A stretch of DNA of 64,000 nt from Camelus ferus (lineage: Eukaryota). The stretch lies in the NCBI RefSeq assembly GCF_009834535.1, contig NC_045696.1, forward strand, positions 2,420,001-2,484,000, in the 5' to 3' direction. Positions 34,801 to 47,300 of this stretch are shown here, piece after piece. The number at the start of each line of letters is the position of its first letter. Within the stretch, counting starts at the first letter, position 1. A program made the translations under genes and the position numbers. The notes beneath the pieces were generated by a model. The model did no database searches and was not told the origin of the DNA. It saw only the letters and a list, made by a program, of their open reading frames with translations.

Positions 34801-37800
34801 AGGAGGTTGGGTCATTTATCTGAGGACGCCAGGCTCCTGGGTGAGGGCTGGCCTGGGGGAGCCCCATCTGCACGTCCTGCTCCATGGCAGGTGTAGACAA
34901 AATGCGTGTACATGTCGCACGAGGGGAGCGGCCTTCCCCCTGTCCTGAGCGCGTCCTCACCCGCCCGCCCGTCTGTCTTGGGGACGCCCTCCTCTGAGGG
35001 GCGCAGCACCCCCTGCCCGCTGTGCTGTCATTCACTCACCAGCCCCCACTGACAGACACTTAGATTGTTTAGTTTTTTCCCTTAAAAAGGGCTGCGATGG
35101 CTGACTGTGAAACGCATAAAAAGTAAGACGAGCTGATGGCGGGGGGGCTGCCAGCCGGACGTGGGGCGTGTGGGCGGGAGAATGACGAGGACCCGCTGTG
35201 CAGCCGGCTCAGCGTGGCCGCGGGTCTGCTCCCTGGCGGGGTGCGGCGGCAGCCGCGGGGTGGACACGCCCGTGTGACACTGCCAGCAGCGAGGGGGCAA
35301 GTCGCAGCCTCCTTCCGTGTAAAGGCCCCAGAAGGACGTGGTGTGGCCTCTCAGCGGTGGGCCACGGGTCCACCGGCTCAGCGTCCTCCTGGGCAGGTGC
35401 GGGCCTGGCGGAAGTGCAGGGGAGGAGGGTCCCCAGTCAGGAAAACATCCCCCCGCCAGGGTGGGGGTGGCCTGCCTGCAGGACCTGCCTGCACAGTGGA
35501 ATTGCGGAAAGCTGGCAGATGCTGGGACCCAGACCAGTGGATGCCCTGGGGTCACAGAGCCCGTGTCCACGTGCCATCGGGTGTCTGAGCCTCCCAGAGG
35601 CTCCTGTCCCTCCACTTTCAGCCCCACCTGCATTCCTGCTGGACCCTGAGGTCCTGGGACACAGGGCAAGTCACTGTGTCCCTTCCAAGGGGACGGCGCG
35701 TGGACCCCTTCCACATGCCAGGTGCTCACCACATAAGGGCGCATGTCCACTCCCGGTGGGCCTGTGGGATGCAGGGTGGGGGTGTTGCAGCCCAGGGAGA
35801 CGAAAGGCAGGGGAGCCTGCCGGCACTGGCTCCTCGCCCTCCGTCCCTCCCTCCTGTCTGCTGAGTGAATCGCTGTGAGACCCTCTTAGGGGCTCTCCAG
35901 CTCTAGGAAGCGGGCAGCGTTTGTGATAGCCCGCCCTGGCTCCCCAGCTGGGCTGGCCCAGGAGGCCCAGGCTGACGCTGCAAGGTGAGGGCGGGCTTTT
36001 AGGTCAGATAGGCTGGGAGCAAGGCAAGGAGAGAAAGTGGGAGATGGGAATGGTGTTGGGGCTCGGGGTGCCTGGTGCAGGCTTTGCATCACCTGTTGTG
36101 ACATTGGCTTCAGAGAAGGGGCAGGTGGAGCTGATCGCCTCAAGCCTGGGGACAGAAGGGCCGTTGGCGGAGGTAGGAACACCGGCAGGTGTGTGTGGAG
36201 GGAGGTGGTTCTGGTCACACGGAAGCAGAATGTCAGACAGGCAGCTGGAGGTTCCTGCCGTCCGCCGGTGTCTGCTGGGGGCACCCCTGCACTGGCTGCC
36301 AGCCAGCTGAGTTTTGATGAACTGTATCAGCTCCCAACTGGCTGAGCTGGACTTCTGAACTGAGCTTTTCTCCCAGGATCTGAGCCCCCTCCTGTCCCCA
36401 CAGGGGCCGGGGGGCATAAGGTGGCTGGGCAGAGCCAGGAGGCCACACCAGCTTTGTGGACCCAGCTAAGAGGGGATGGAGGATTCGCGCTGCAGCTCAG
36501 AGCCAGACTTGGAGAATCATAGGCCAGCAACACCGCCGATGCAAACGCGCTGACTGCACCCCTGGGTTCACTGACTTAGACCCCCCGCGGGCCCGTGACA
36601 GGGCAGTGATGACGAGGCCAGAGCCATAGAGATGCCATTTAAAGGTTCGCCCAGCAGGCTCTGAGTGGTCCAGTGACTCGGCTGCACCAAGGTGCCCCCG
36701 ACCAGCTTGGGGGTGCACACAGTGGGGCTAATCAGGACCCAGCTGGGGCAGGTGCACGGCAGGTGCACGGCTGGCGCAGGTGCTGCCTGAGCTCGCCGGG
36801 TGCCCAGCTGCACAGTGGGGGCCCCAGACAGCGGCCTTACTGCCAGCCGGCCTTGTCCAACGGCGGCCAAGCAGGAAGTCTGCAGTCGCTGTCACTTGCA
36901 GTAAGAATGAGCGTTGGCGGGTGGACCCAGCTCAGAGAAGGCCCCCAGGGGAGTCGCTGTCGGTGGGTGGGGAGGACTGAGGGCCCCCTCCCCCTCCGGT
37001 TCACATCCATATAGATTTTCAGACTAGTGCTAGCAGGGCTCTGGTGGGCTCTGCGGGTGTGCCTGCGGGATGGAGCAGCCTGGACACACGGGTGGGGCCG
37101 GAAATGAGAGACAGGGGAAACTGCTTCAGAGGGAAAAGAGAGAAGGGAAGGAAGGAAGAGACTGCTGGACATGGGGGCCAGGAGGGAGTGGTGGCCAGGG
37201 AGGGACGGGCGGCTGGCACGTCCCCTGTGTCTCCATGGGGGAGAAGCCAGCAAGGAGAGAGCTGCTTCTGGGGGCTTCCAGGAGAAGCCCCTTCTGCTTA
37301 TCCTTTCCCAGGGCTGGGCAGGGAGCTTCGGCCGAGGTCACTTCACTTCCTCCAGAACACAGGCCCCGAAGCAGTGAGGGGCCAGCTTGTGAACGGAGCC
37401 GCAGGTGGCCCTGAGTGCCCGATGGCGGAGCCACAGCAGGAACCCAGAGCATGGTGACCTCCACAGAAATTCACTGGGCTATGTGGTCCCTTTTAATCCT
37501 TACAACCACAGAAGGGGGAAGGAACCGAGGCACAGAGAGGGCGCTGTGGCAGTTAGCAGTGGTGGAGCAGCGGGGACGCCACTGTGCTCTTGACGTCTCT
37601 CTGCTGTGTCTTCGGAATTAGATCAAGTCACTGCAACTCATTTGCTCAGAGCCAGATGGCCCCACGTGATCTATGTGGTGAATAACTGAGCATGTCCCCA
37701 CAGGATTCTCTCTCTGGCTGCTTCCTGGTGGCCATTTTTGCCAGAATGCATTGGTCTAGCTTGACTATCTTTTCTTCGGAACGTGCCCTTGACCCTGGCT

Positions 37801-38714
37801 AACGTACTTGGCCAGAATTTTTAGGCCTTGCTCCTACCCTTGTTGGCAAACAGCTGTGGCTAACTGCCCAGACCAGGTTTAAAATATGTCTGAAGTTTTG
37901 GTAAATGGGTCAGTTAGAGACTTTCAGAAAACTGGTCAGTTAAGGGCATTTTGTTAATTGGCTCTTAGAGCATTGATTTCCCGTGTCTTGATCCAGACTC
38001 TTTTCCCAGGATGCACCAAAGTGCTTGCTTGCGTCAGTCTGCCGGGATGGCAGAGAGAGGTGATGTCTGTGGAGGGTCCCAACGGTGGTCCTGATAAGTG
38101 TCCACAGACACCCCACAAGGCTTCCTGGGCTCGTTTGGGGTGGGGGGCTCCCTAACCCAGGGGACAAGGGGTCACACGCATGACCATCGCCTGGTGTGGG
38201 AGGGTTGCCCGTAGGGTGGCAGGGCCCCAGCCGGCCCACCACCCGAGCCTGGGCTCCTGAGCTCTCTCCCAGGGGCTCCGGGTGGAGCTCAGTGGATCTA
38301 TACTCAGCCCCTGTGAGGCAACCCGGCTGCCGGAACCCAGGCCGGAAGTGCTGGCTGGACACAAGCAGCTGCTGGCTCCAGCCTGGCAGGACACTGCGGG
38401 AGGGGAGCAGACAAGTGTGGGCCCCCACGGGCCCGTGACAGGACCAGGATCGTCGCAGGTCAGCAGCTCAGACGCCAGTGGGAGCCCTGGGGCTGGACAG
38501 CAGGTCTGGAGGCAGATGCACAACTTCTGGACAGGGAGGGACAGGAATAGCAAAACCAGAAACTCCAACAACAAAACAACCACCACCAACCACTCAAAAT
38601 AAGTCTGCAAACACAAATCTAAAACCCGAGAAGCTCTTCTTATGCAAGGGACAGTCATAACCATTTTTAAAAATCAAAAAAAAAAAAAAAAAAAAAAGAG
38701 AGAGACAGTCATGG

Positions 38715-38803
38715 TGCAAAAGTCTGAGAATGTGTTAAATGTCACTGAATTGTACGTTTCAAAACGGTTAACTTTGTGACTGTGGATTATACCTCATTAA
38801 AAA
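38715..38803 (+). mobile_element. Old L1 extreme 3' end
   Basis: 'aatgtcactgaattgtacgtttcaaaacggttaactttgtg...tatacctcattaaaaa'. Preceded by an unrelated poly(A) at ~38676-38697. Confidence 0.7.
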
Positions 38804-38890
38804 TTTTTTTTTAAATTAAAAAATTTTCATTTTATTTCTTAATTTTTATTTTTTGATTGAAGTATAGTTGCTTTATAGTGTTGTGTTAAT
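38804..38890 (-). mobile_element. Very short 5'-truncated L1 tail with 14-bp flanking duplication
   Basis: T-rich tail plus 'attgaagtatagttgctttatagtgttgtgtta', flanked by tacctcattaaaaa (38790-38803) and taccttattaaaaa (38891-38904). Confidence 0.75.
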
Positions 38891-41800
38891 TACCTTATTA
38901 AAAACAAAAAGAAAAAGAAAAGGAAGAGCCAACCAAATGCATTCTCAGAACACGCGTTCGCTCAGACGGAGTTAGGTTTATGGAGGTGTCAAACAAAAAC
39001 TCCCAAATAACCTGTGATGCTCAAAGGAATAAATGAAGGAACAACACCCACTCACGGAAACTGTGAAATCCAATTGGCAGACACAGAGCAAGAACAGTGG
39101 GGTAAGGAAGCGGCAGATCTTGGAAGTGGAAAATGCAGTCATGGAGACAAAAATCTCAAAAGAGGGGAGAGGAGTACTGAAGTAGAAGGAGAAGAACGGA
39201 GGAGTCTGCCGGAACCCAAGGCAGGGAAAAGAGGTGATGGTGTGAGCCGTGCCCGTGAGCGCGCGCACGGCCGCGCACGCGCACACGCGCGCAGGAGAAG
39301 CTCAGCGCTGCGGCTGGTGCACAGCTGCCCACAAGGAGCCCCGGGCGGCCAGCTGAGGGGTGTAGACAGCCCTCAGACCCCTGGAGAGACAGAAGCAGCA
39401 GAGCCTGGGTGCCCAGCTCGGAACTGGACGTCGGAGGTGGCTCAGGGTTCCAGACACGTGTTCAGGGTGTGGAGAACGAGGAGGAGCTCTCGGACGCCGC
39501 CGGCAGAAGGGCTGGGGTCTGTCCATGGGCAGGACAGCTGGACGGAAGCAGTGCCCAGCAAGCCGGAGGGAGACGTGGGAGGTCACCTGACGGCTGTGAG
39601 GGAGGCAGAGGGAGAAAGGGCAGCCAAGGTGTGGGATAGAGACTGGGGCAGGGGGTCCCCTGACTGGGCCTGGGTGGTTTAAAGGTAAAATGAAGTTTCT
39701 GGGTGACAGCTCCAGGATATGGATCATGCAGGAGAGGGGTGCATCGCCCCCACCTGCCTCACCCAGGTCCTTGGGGCCCATGGCCTCACCTCCCCCTGCA
39801 CTGACAGGTCCACAGGGATGCAGACGCCCCCACCCCCACCCCCAGTCTGCACTCAGGGGAGACACCCCATGGGGACCCTGCCTAAGCCTTTGTCAACTCG
39901 GGGTCCTGGTCTGCTGTGGGGAACGACCTTGAGGAGGTGAGACCCAGCAGGGCCAGAGGGAGGCTACTGCCCCCATCAGCCAGGCTGCTGGCCTGGCACG
40001 TGGGTGGGGGTTGTATGGACACGCAGAAGCCAGTCTGCGGCAGCATCTCCCCCACAATCCCCAGGGCTGGGTGAGCAGGCCTCGGATTACAGAGTGACAG
40101 TGCGATTCCTCCAGAAGCCTCCCGTCTCTGCCCTCAGTGTCGAGCAGGCCGCCCCAGGCAGCTACCCAGGGTGGGGTCCCATCCCTGGAAGACCAGGGGC
40201 TCCTGTGGCCCAGGCCCGAGGGCAGGGCCCACTCCCTCGCCAGGAAAGCAGGGTGGCCTCCACCCTCGTGTCTCCAGCGAGGATCCTGGGGGTGGGCGCC
40301 TCCAGCACAGGGCTGGGAATTCATTCTGTCCTTGGAACCGTCCTGTCCTCAGGGCTGGGACAGCAGCAGGCCTGACCCTGGAGACTTCGACCCATGAGGT
40401 CATGCCCCTGGCCTTGCTGTCCACACGTGGGCTGTCCGGTGACCACGAGTGTCAGCAGCTGACCCTCCCCCCCAGCCCAGGGCCCTGGCATCAGGGAGCA
40501 CTTCCATCAGTCAGTGCCAGTGCTGGGCTGTGTCCCCGCAGGCCTGTCTGCCCACGCGCTCTGCCATCTCTGGTCTGGGGATGAAACTGACCCATCCCTA
40601 TCCTTCCCGAAGGGTGTCCTCCTCCTGAAGGGCACCAACTCCAGGGTCTGCAGTACCGACAACCCCTAGGTTTAAGGGTGTCACTGCCCAGATGGCTGCC
40701 CCCTCTGGCTCCGGACAGGGGACCCACAAGTGAGCGCTGCTGCCTCCATGGCACCCACGGGGAACCAGGCCCCCCACCTTACACAGCGAGCTGGGCACCA
40801 ACTGGAGACCCGGGCACCTGTGGGCTCTCTGAGCCTCGGTTTCCTTGTCCGCAGGTGGGGAGGGGCAGTGCTACGCAGGTCACTTGATGTCATCTGCAGC
40901 ATTTGATGAGTCCTTGTTATCAGCACGGATGAGAAAGTCCCGCTCCCAAGGGCCAGCGCTTTGGGAGCACAGTGCCATGGGCTTCCCGCCCTCCCTGGGC
41001 CCAAGGTGGCCACATGACCACCTTCCCCTGAGCGGCACCAGGCCCTGTGTGGCCCCATCCATGCCTCGCCACTCCCTCGGTGGGACTAGGGACCTCAGCT
41101 CCCTGAGGGCTCACTGGCTGCCAGACTGCACCTCCTATGCTCAGTACTGACACCCCAGCGTGGCCGCTGCCTGCAGGACAGGCCTCCCAGCGACAGCACA
41201 GGTGAGCCCGGGGCTGTGGGCAGGCAGGGGTTTATCTGGTTGCCAGAGGCTTCCAGGTGGCACCGAGAGTGTTTGCTCTCATCAGTTCTTCCAGAAACAG
41301 GGGAGCAGAGTGCTGGGGGTGGGGGTGCAGGCCGGAGGGGAGAATGTTCCCCACTCTTGGACACGCCGCGTGGGTTTGGCTGGAGGACCAGCGTGCCCCG
41401 CGGACTCACCCTGAGCCCACGTGCATTTCCTGAGTGGCCACGCGACTCTGGCTCTGGGCCCAGAGCTCTGGCTCGTGTCCACTGCTGCCCTTCCTGAGCA
41501 ATGTCCTTGGGTGCCGAGGGGAAGGGGCCGATGGGCTGATGCCCTGGGGACCCACAGGCTCCAGCTTAGGTAGTGGGGCCCCAGGCCACAGGGCTGCAGA
41601 AATAATATTCTCTTTGACTCACCCTCAGCACCGCGGGGCAGTCAGATCTCATGTTTCTGGGCAAACGGAGGGATTCCATGTTTGAACAGATGATGACCGT
41701 GCAACATCTACGTGCTGTAAAGTTTTCCTTTTAGAACGGTTTCCCCGTCGTGGGAATATTAGGTTGAACTGTAATAGTTTTAAGTGGGAACCTCTGGGGG

Positions 41801-43599
41801 AGGGGCCCTTCTGTGTCCTCGCTCCAGGGCGGGAAGGAGGCTGGAGGACAGGCCCCCGCAGCGAGGGGTACCCAGCTCCGTCCGTCCCCTGCTGCGGCCC
41901 CCACGCCCCTTCCCTGCCGGTTCCTGGGATGGCCCGGATGCCTTTCTCCTCTGGCCTTCTTATCAGCTCATCGTCCATTTAGGTAATGACACTTCCTGCC
42001 GGTTAATCGCTGCCAAAATGAAGGCAGCTCCCCACGTCTGGCCAGAGGGTTGCAGAAGACTTCCTATCTGGGGAATAAAAAAGAGCGCGGCTCCCGGAGC
42101 GTTCAGGAAGGGGAAAGCCCTGGCTTCCTGGCAGGCGATGGAACAAACAGGGGACACTCTTGTCCTGGAAGCAGCTGAGCGCACGTGTAAGCGCGCGGCC
42201 TCCCCCACGGGGAGGCCGGCAGCCAGGGCCTCCCCCGCCCGCAGGCGCCCGTGCTCTGTGGCGTCGGGGGGACGCTCCCCGCTGCGGCCTTGACCACGGC
42301 CTCCTGACTGATGCCTCCCTTCTCAGCCTCTCAGGGCACGTGGGGTGCCGGGCCGGTGAGCCCCCAGGCCCCCTCGCCGGGCGTGGCGCTCGGGCCAGAC
42401 CACTGCCCCACGGCTCCACTGCCTTGCTCCGGGTTGGGCCCATGCCCTGCCCTGGTGGGAGCCCGGAGGCCGAGCCAGGGAGCAGTGGGGCTCCTTCTCC
42501 CTTGCGCCTGCAGCCGCTTCTCCTCCAGCAGCTTCTGCGCCTCTCTGTAACCGCAGCTTCTGCAGCCTGACCTGGGCCTTGGTTACACCCTCTCCTCCTG
42601 TCCCTCCACCCTGGGGCAGAAGCAGCCTGTGGCCAGCACTACTGGCAGCCCACCCAGGTCCCTGCGCGCTTGGCATCCTGTACGCGCTGCTGGCTGCCAG
42701 AAGGCCCCCTCTGCTCACAGGAGCCCGACGTGCTGGGAGGTTGACGCCCTGGGAGCCCCTTGACTATGACCCATGACAGTTGGAGGGTAATCCCTTTCCG
42801 GGTGGTGCAGCCTAAGGTGTGTCCCTGGTCTCCAGGTGGGCCCGTCTCCCGGGATGTGTTGACCCTGCCTTCCAGTCTGTCTCAGGGTCACCGCCCACGT
42901 AAACGATCCCTGAATCCTGTCTCAGCATTTGCTTCAGGGGGCCCACCCAAGCAAGCCTCCTGCCCCGGCCTCACCACCCCCTGCACGGCCCTCACCCCGC
43001 CCCTCCTTCTGGATCCCCAGGAGCGTTGTTGCCCAGGCAGAGGGTGGACCTGGCTTGCCCTCTGATTGCGAGAGGAGGGAGGAAGGCAGAGGCAGAAAGG
43101 GGAGTGTCGGGGGTGTGGGCAGGCTGGGCACCCACTGCGCTGACCAGCCCGAGGGCTGGGGCTTTGGCTGGCGTCTGAGAACTGGTGCAGCCCCCTAGGC
43201 GGGGGACAATGGAGCCTGCTGGTTACATAAAGGGCTCCTTACATAAGCAGCATGAAGCTACAGGAAAAGCCCCGGGCAAGTCAGAACAACCACAGACGGG
43301 CGGGGCGCCCAGGACAAACCCGGAAAGCGGTGAGTAAGCCGGTGGAAAGCCCCAGCCCCGCAGGAAAGGGATTCTGGGAAGGGCAGCCCTGGAAGAGAAA
43401 GTGCTTGGACAGACAGATGCAGAGGCTACTGCACACTCCCAGGGCGGAGCCACCGGCCCAGCACCGGCCTGCAGGGTCCGAGCCTCCGGGCCGGCCACCC
43501 AGTCCCTGCCCCTCTGGCCCGGCAGCCCCTAGCCTCCGTGCTGTGGTCATCCCCTGGCTGTGCACGCGTGCACCTGGGGTGGGAGCCTGCTGCAGGCCT

Positions 43600-43822
43600 G
43601 GTGCCTGCTCTCATGGCTGGGGCGGGGAGGGAGCCTCTTGTCTGCTCTGGCCCCCCCCTTCATGCTTGGATCTAGGGTCCACTCAGGTGACCCAGGATAA
43701 GCCCCTCTTGGGCTCTTAGCTCAGTCACCTCTGCAAAGCCCCTGCTTCCAAAAGAGGTCACACAGGCAGATTCCGAGGGTCAGGATCCAGGCCTTTTTTG
43801 GGGACCACCATTCATCCCACGC
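43600..43822 (-). mobile_element. MaLR LTR fragment (MLT1C/D/E-like)
   Basis: 'cccaggataa...tcacctctgcaaagccc...ttccaaaagaggtcaca...ttggggaccaccattcatcccac'. Confidence 0.7.
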
Positions 43823-44392
43823 TGGTTGGCACGGGAAGGTGCCCCTGGCTCCTGGAGGCACGGCTCAGGGCGGAGCTGGCAGCCCCGGGCCCCGCCTCCA
43901 CAATCAGGGCTGCGGCCCTCGGAACCCCAAACACGTACTCTCTGAGCCGAGTTAGGTCATCTGCACCCAGCTCCCCCACCCCTCCCTGTCCACCTCAGAG
44001 ATTTTCTCAGAAGGGTCTCGGTAGCGGGGTACAGAGCCTCATGCAGACCCCCACCTCCTCCCCCCGCTGCTCACCTCCCCTGTCCTGGTGCCCAGGACAG
44101 GAGAACAGGGGTACCCAGACCTGCTGTGGGTCTCAGAGGCAGAGAGGATGGGGTGCGGGCACAGAAAAGGGGTTGAAAGAGAGGGAGAGGGGCCCAGGGC
44201 TCCCTCAGAACCCTAGGGCCTTAATCCAGGCCGCGCCTGGCCCTACCCCCAGCACGGGCCCCTCCCCGCATCACCAGGCCCCTCCCACTGGGGCCCCTGA
44301 TGCCAGGGCCTTGCCACCCAGCTCTTCCCCGCACCACTTTACTGGGGCCCCAGGGAGCACCCGCCAGCTCCCAGGTCTAATGGGGAAACTGA

Positions 44393-44755
<363 letters not shown>

Positions 44756-45479
44756 TGAGGACCCGGTGGGCACCGAGCACATGACCTGCTGGCCTCACGC
44801 TGTCCCATTTTAGAGCAGTATTTTCACCCAGGGCGGTGTCACTGGTCATTCAGCTGCTGGTCATCCGGAGGCCCCAGAGGCCTGGGGGTGGGGAGAGCCC
44901 AGGCTTGGCCTTGGGGGTGCACCACCCAGCGAGGGGCAGGGACCCCCCCCCCAAAACACCCACTGACTTCAGCCCTTTTTTTTTCAAAGCCAGGAGGGAG
45001 TTTGGCCATTTTTATACCCAGCAAGTGGCCAGATGTAGAATATTCTCAGGGGACTTAAAAACGACCCAGGATGGGAAGTGGGGGTGCTCACAGGAGCTCC
45101 AGGGCCAGCTGAGCAGACCAGGCAGCCTGGGATTTCCAGCTCTGTGTGCAGGAACCCGCTCCTGTCCCCCCGCAGTGGAGGGACACAGGACCCCAGGATG
45201 CTGCCCCCACCAGAGGATAAAGGAGCCCGCCTGGGGGTGATGGGGCTCTGGCAGTGTGGCCAGCACACCCACTGGCCCCTCAACAGCGCCTCCACCAGTC
45301 TATGGGGTCCTGAAAGCCACCTGTGATCCTAGCCCTGGGGCGGAGGTGCTGATGTCATGCGTGGTCTCTGGTTTAAGTTCAGGGTTAGAGCTTCTCACCA
45401 CTTGCCTCCAGTGCTCTGGTCCTTGTTCCAGGATTCGTCTGCCGTCAGCCTGGCTCCGCTCCCTCCCACGTGGTTGCTG

Positions 45480-47300
45480 ACTCACGTGGACCTGGTTTTA
45501 GTAAACACACGCTGTTACTATGAACCTTGGGTCAGCTGTTCAGACCCTTGACCTTGAACTTCACGGTCAGGGTTTAGCCTCTGTCTGATCCTTGACCTTG
45601 AACGTGACCGTCGCTAGGACTGGGTCCAGTCTCCGTTTTACTGTGGCTTTGTTTGTCTCCCTGGTCTTTGTCCCTCCATTCCCTGTTCTCGCTTTCTTAT
45701 TTCAATGGTTTGTCATATTCGTTTAAATTTATCTCTTGGCTTTTCGGCTCAGTCTCTTTGTGTTTTTTAAGTGGTTGATTCACAGCTATCGTGCGACCCC
45801 GACCTTTCTCAGTTTCCTTAGAACCCGTCAAGTGACACGCAGAAGCTTCGTAGCCTCACAGCTCCCTTTCCCTCCTCCTTTCGTTAAAGACGTCACTGCC
45901 TTCTGGCCTCCGTGTTGGTTTTAATTTTTTGGTTGTTTTTAAAATTTTTGCACCTATTATCTTTTTTTCCTTTTTATTAATTGAAGTATAGTCATTTTAC
46001 AATGTTGTGTCAATTTCTGGTGGGCAGCAGTTACACCATGTGTTGTATACGCTGTAATACGTATATTGTATTCCCTGTGCTCTACAGTATGGACTTCTTG
46101 TTTATTTATTTTATATTTATTTTATACGTGGTAGTTAGTATTTGCAAATCTCGAACTCCTAATTTATCCCTTCCCACCCTCTTCGCCTCTGGTAACCATA
46201 AGTTTGTTTTCTATGTCTGTGAGTCTGTCTCTGTTCTGTAAATAAGTTCTTTGTGTCCCTTTCTTAAAAAAAGATCCCACACATGAGCGATCTCACATGG
46301 CATTTCTCTTTCTCTTTCTGGCTGACTTCACTTAGCATGACGGTCCCCAGGTCCATCCATGTTGCTGCAGGTGGCGTTATTTTATTCTTCTTTATGGCTG
46401 TGCAGCATGCGTAGCCTTTTCAGACTGACTTCTTACACTCAGCAAGATGCATTCAAGGTTCCCCCATGCCCTTTTGTGCCTCCACAGGTTCTGATGAGAA
46501 ACCAGCCGCCGTCTGAACTGCTGTCCCCTGTGTCATGTGTCATTTTTCTCTAGCTGCTTTCACACTGTTGTCTTTATCCTTGTTTTTCAGCAGCTCCCTC
46601 GTGGTGCGTCTGGGCGTGGTGCTCTTCGCCGCCAGCCTGTTTGGGATTTGCCAGGCTGGTTGGCACTGTCCATTTATGTCTTTCCCCAAATTCGGGACAT
46701 TGTACGCCGTTACTACGTCAAACACTTTTCTGCACCGTTGCTTCCCTCCTCCCCCCTGGGATCTAGTGACGTGACGTTTAGAGCTTCTGCGGCTGCCCCA
46801 CAGCCCCTGAGGCTCTGTGCACTTTCCTTTCCAGCCTTACTTTCCTCTCCTTACATTTAGACTCTTAGGAGCTTTTCTCTTGATCCGTCTGTAAGTTCCC
46901 TTCTACTGTGTCCAGTTAATGATTTTTAAAACTTTTTCAGATATTTTGTCTTTCAGCTCTGAAGTTTCTATTTAGTTCTTATTTGTTATTTCTATTTCTC
47001 TGCTGAGAGTTTCCGTGCTTCCATTCCTTTTGGTGTATTTTCCTTTACCACTTGGAGCGCGGTTATAGCAGGTGCTGCAAAGCCTTCGTCAGAGAACTCC
47101 AGCATCTGGGTCAGCTTGGGGCACCCAGAGATCGTCTTTCTCTGGAGAAATTTGTGGTTCCTTGTATGTCAAGTAATTTTGGGTTGCACCCTGGACATTT
47201 TCAATATTATGTTGTGAAGACTGTGGGTCTTGTTAAAATTCTCTGGAACATGTTGATTTTTCTTTTTTTGAAGCAAGCAGTGCGTCCAGGTAGGTAAGAC
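45480..47300 (-). mobile_element. Old LINE-1 5' portion (ORF1 / ORF2 start), decayed
   Basis: Minus ORF 46540-46725 'PNLGKDING...QIPNR...KSTTPRRT...LLKNKDKDNSVKAAREK' is L1 ORF1-like. Long T-rich antisense L1 composition. Boundaries approximate. Confidence 0.7.
45960..46405 (-). mobile_element. Younger cetartiodactyl-type L1 3' end nested in the older L1
   Basis: 'ttgaagtatagtcattttacaatgttgtgtcaatttctggtg', 'ggtaaccataagtttgttttctatgtctgtgagtctg', 'ctgacttcacttagcatga...aggtccatccatgttgctgca'. Confidence 0.9.
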
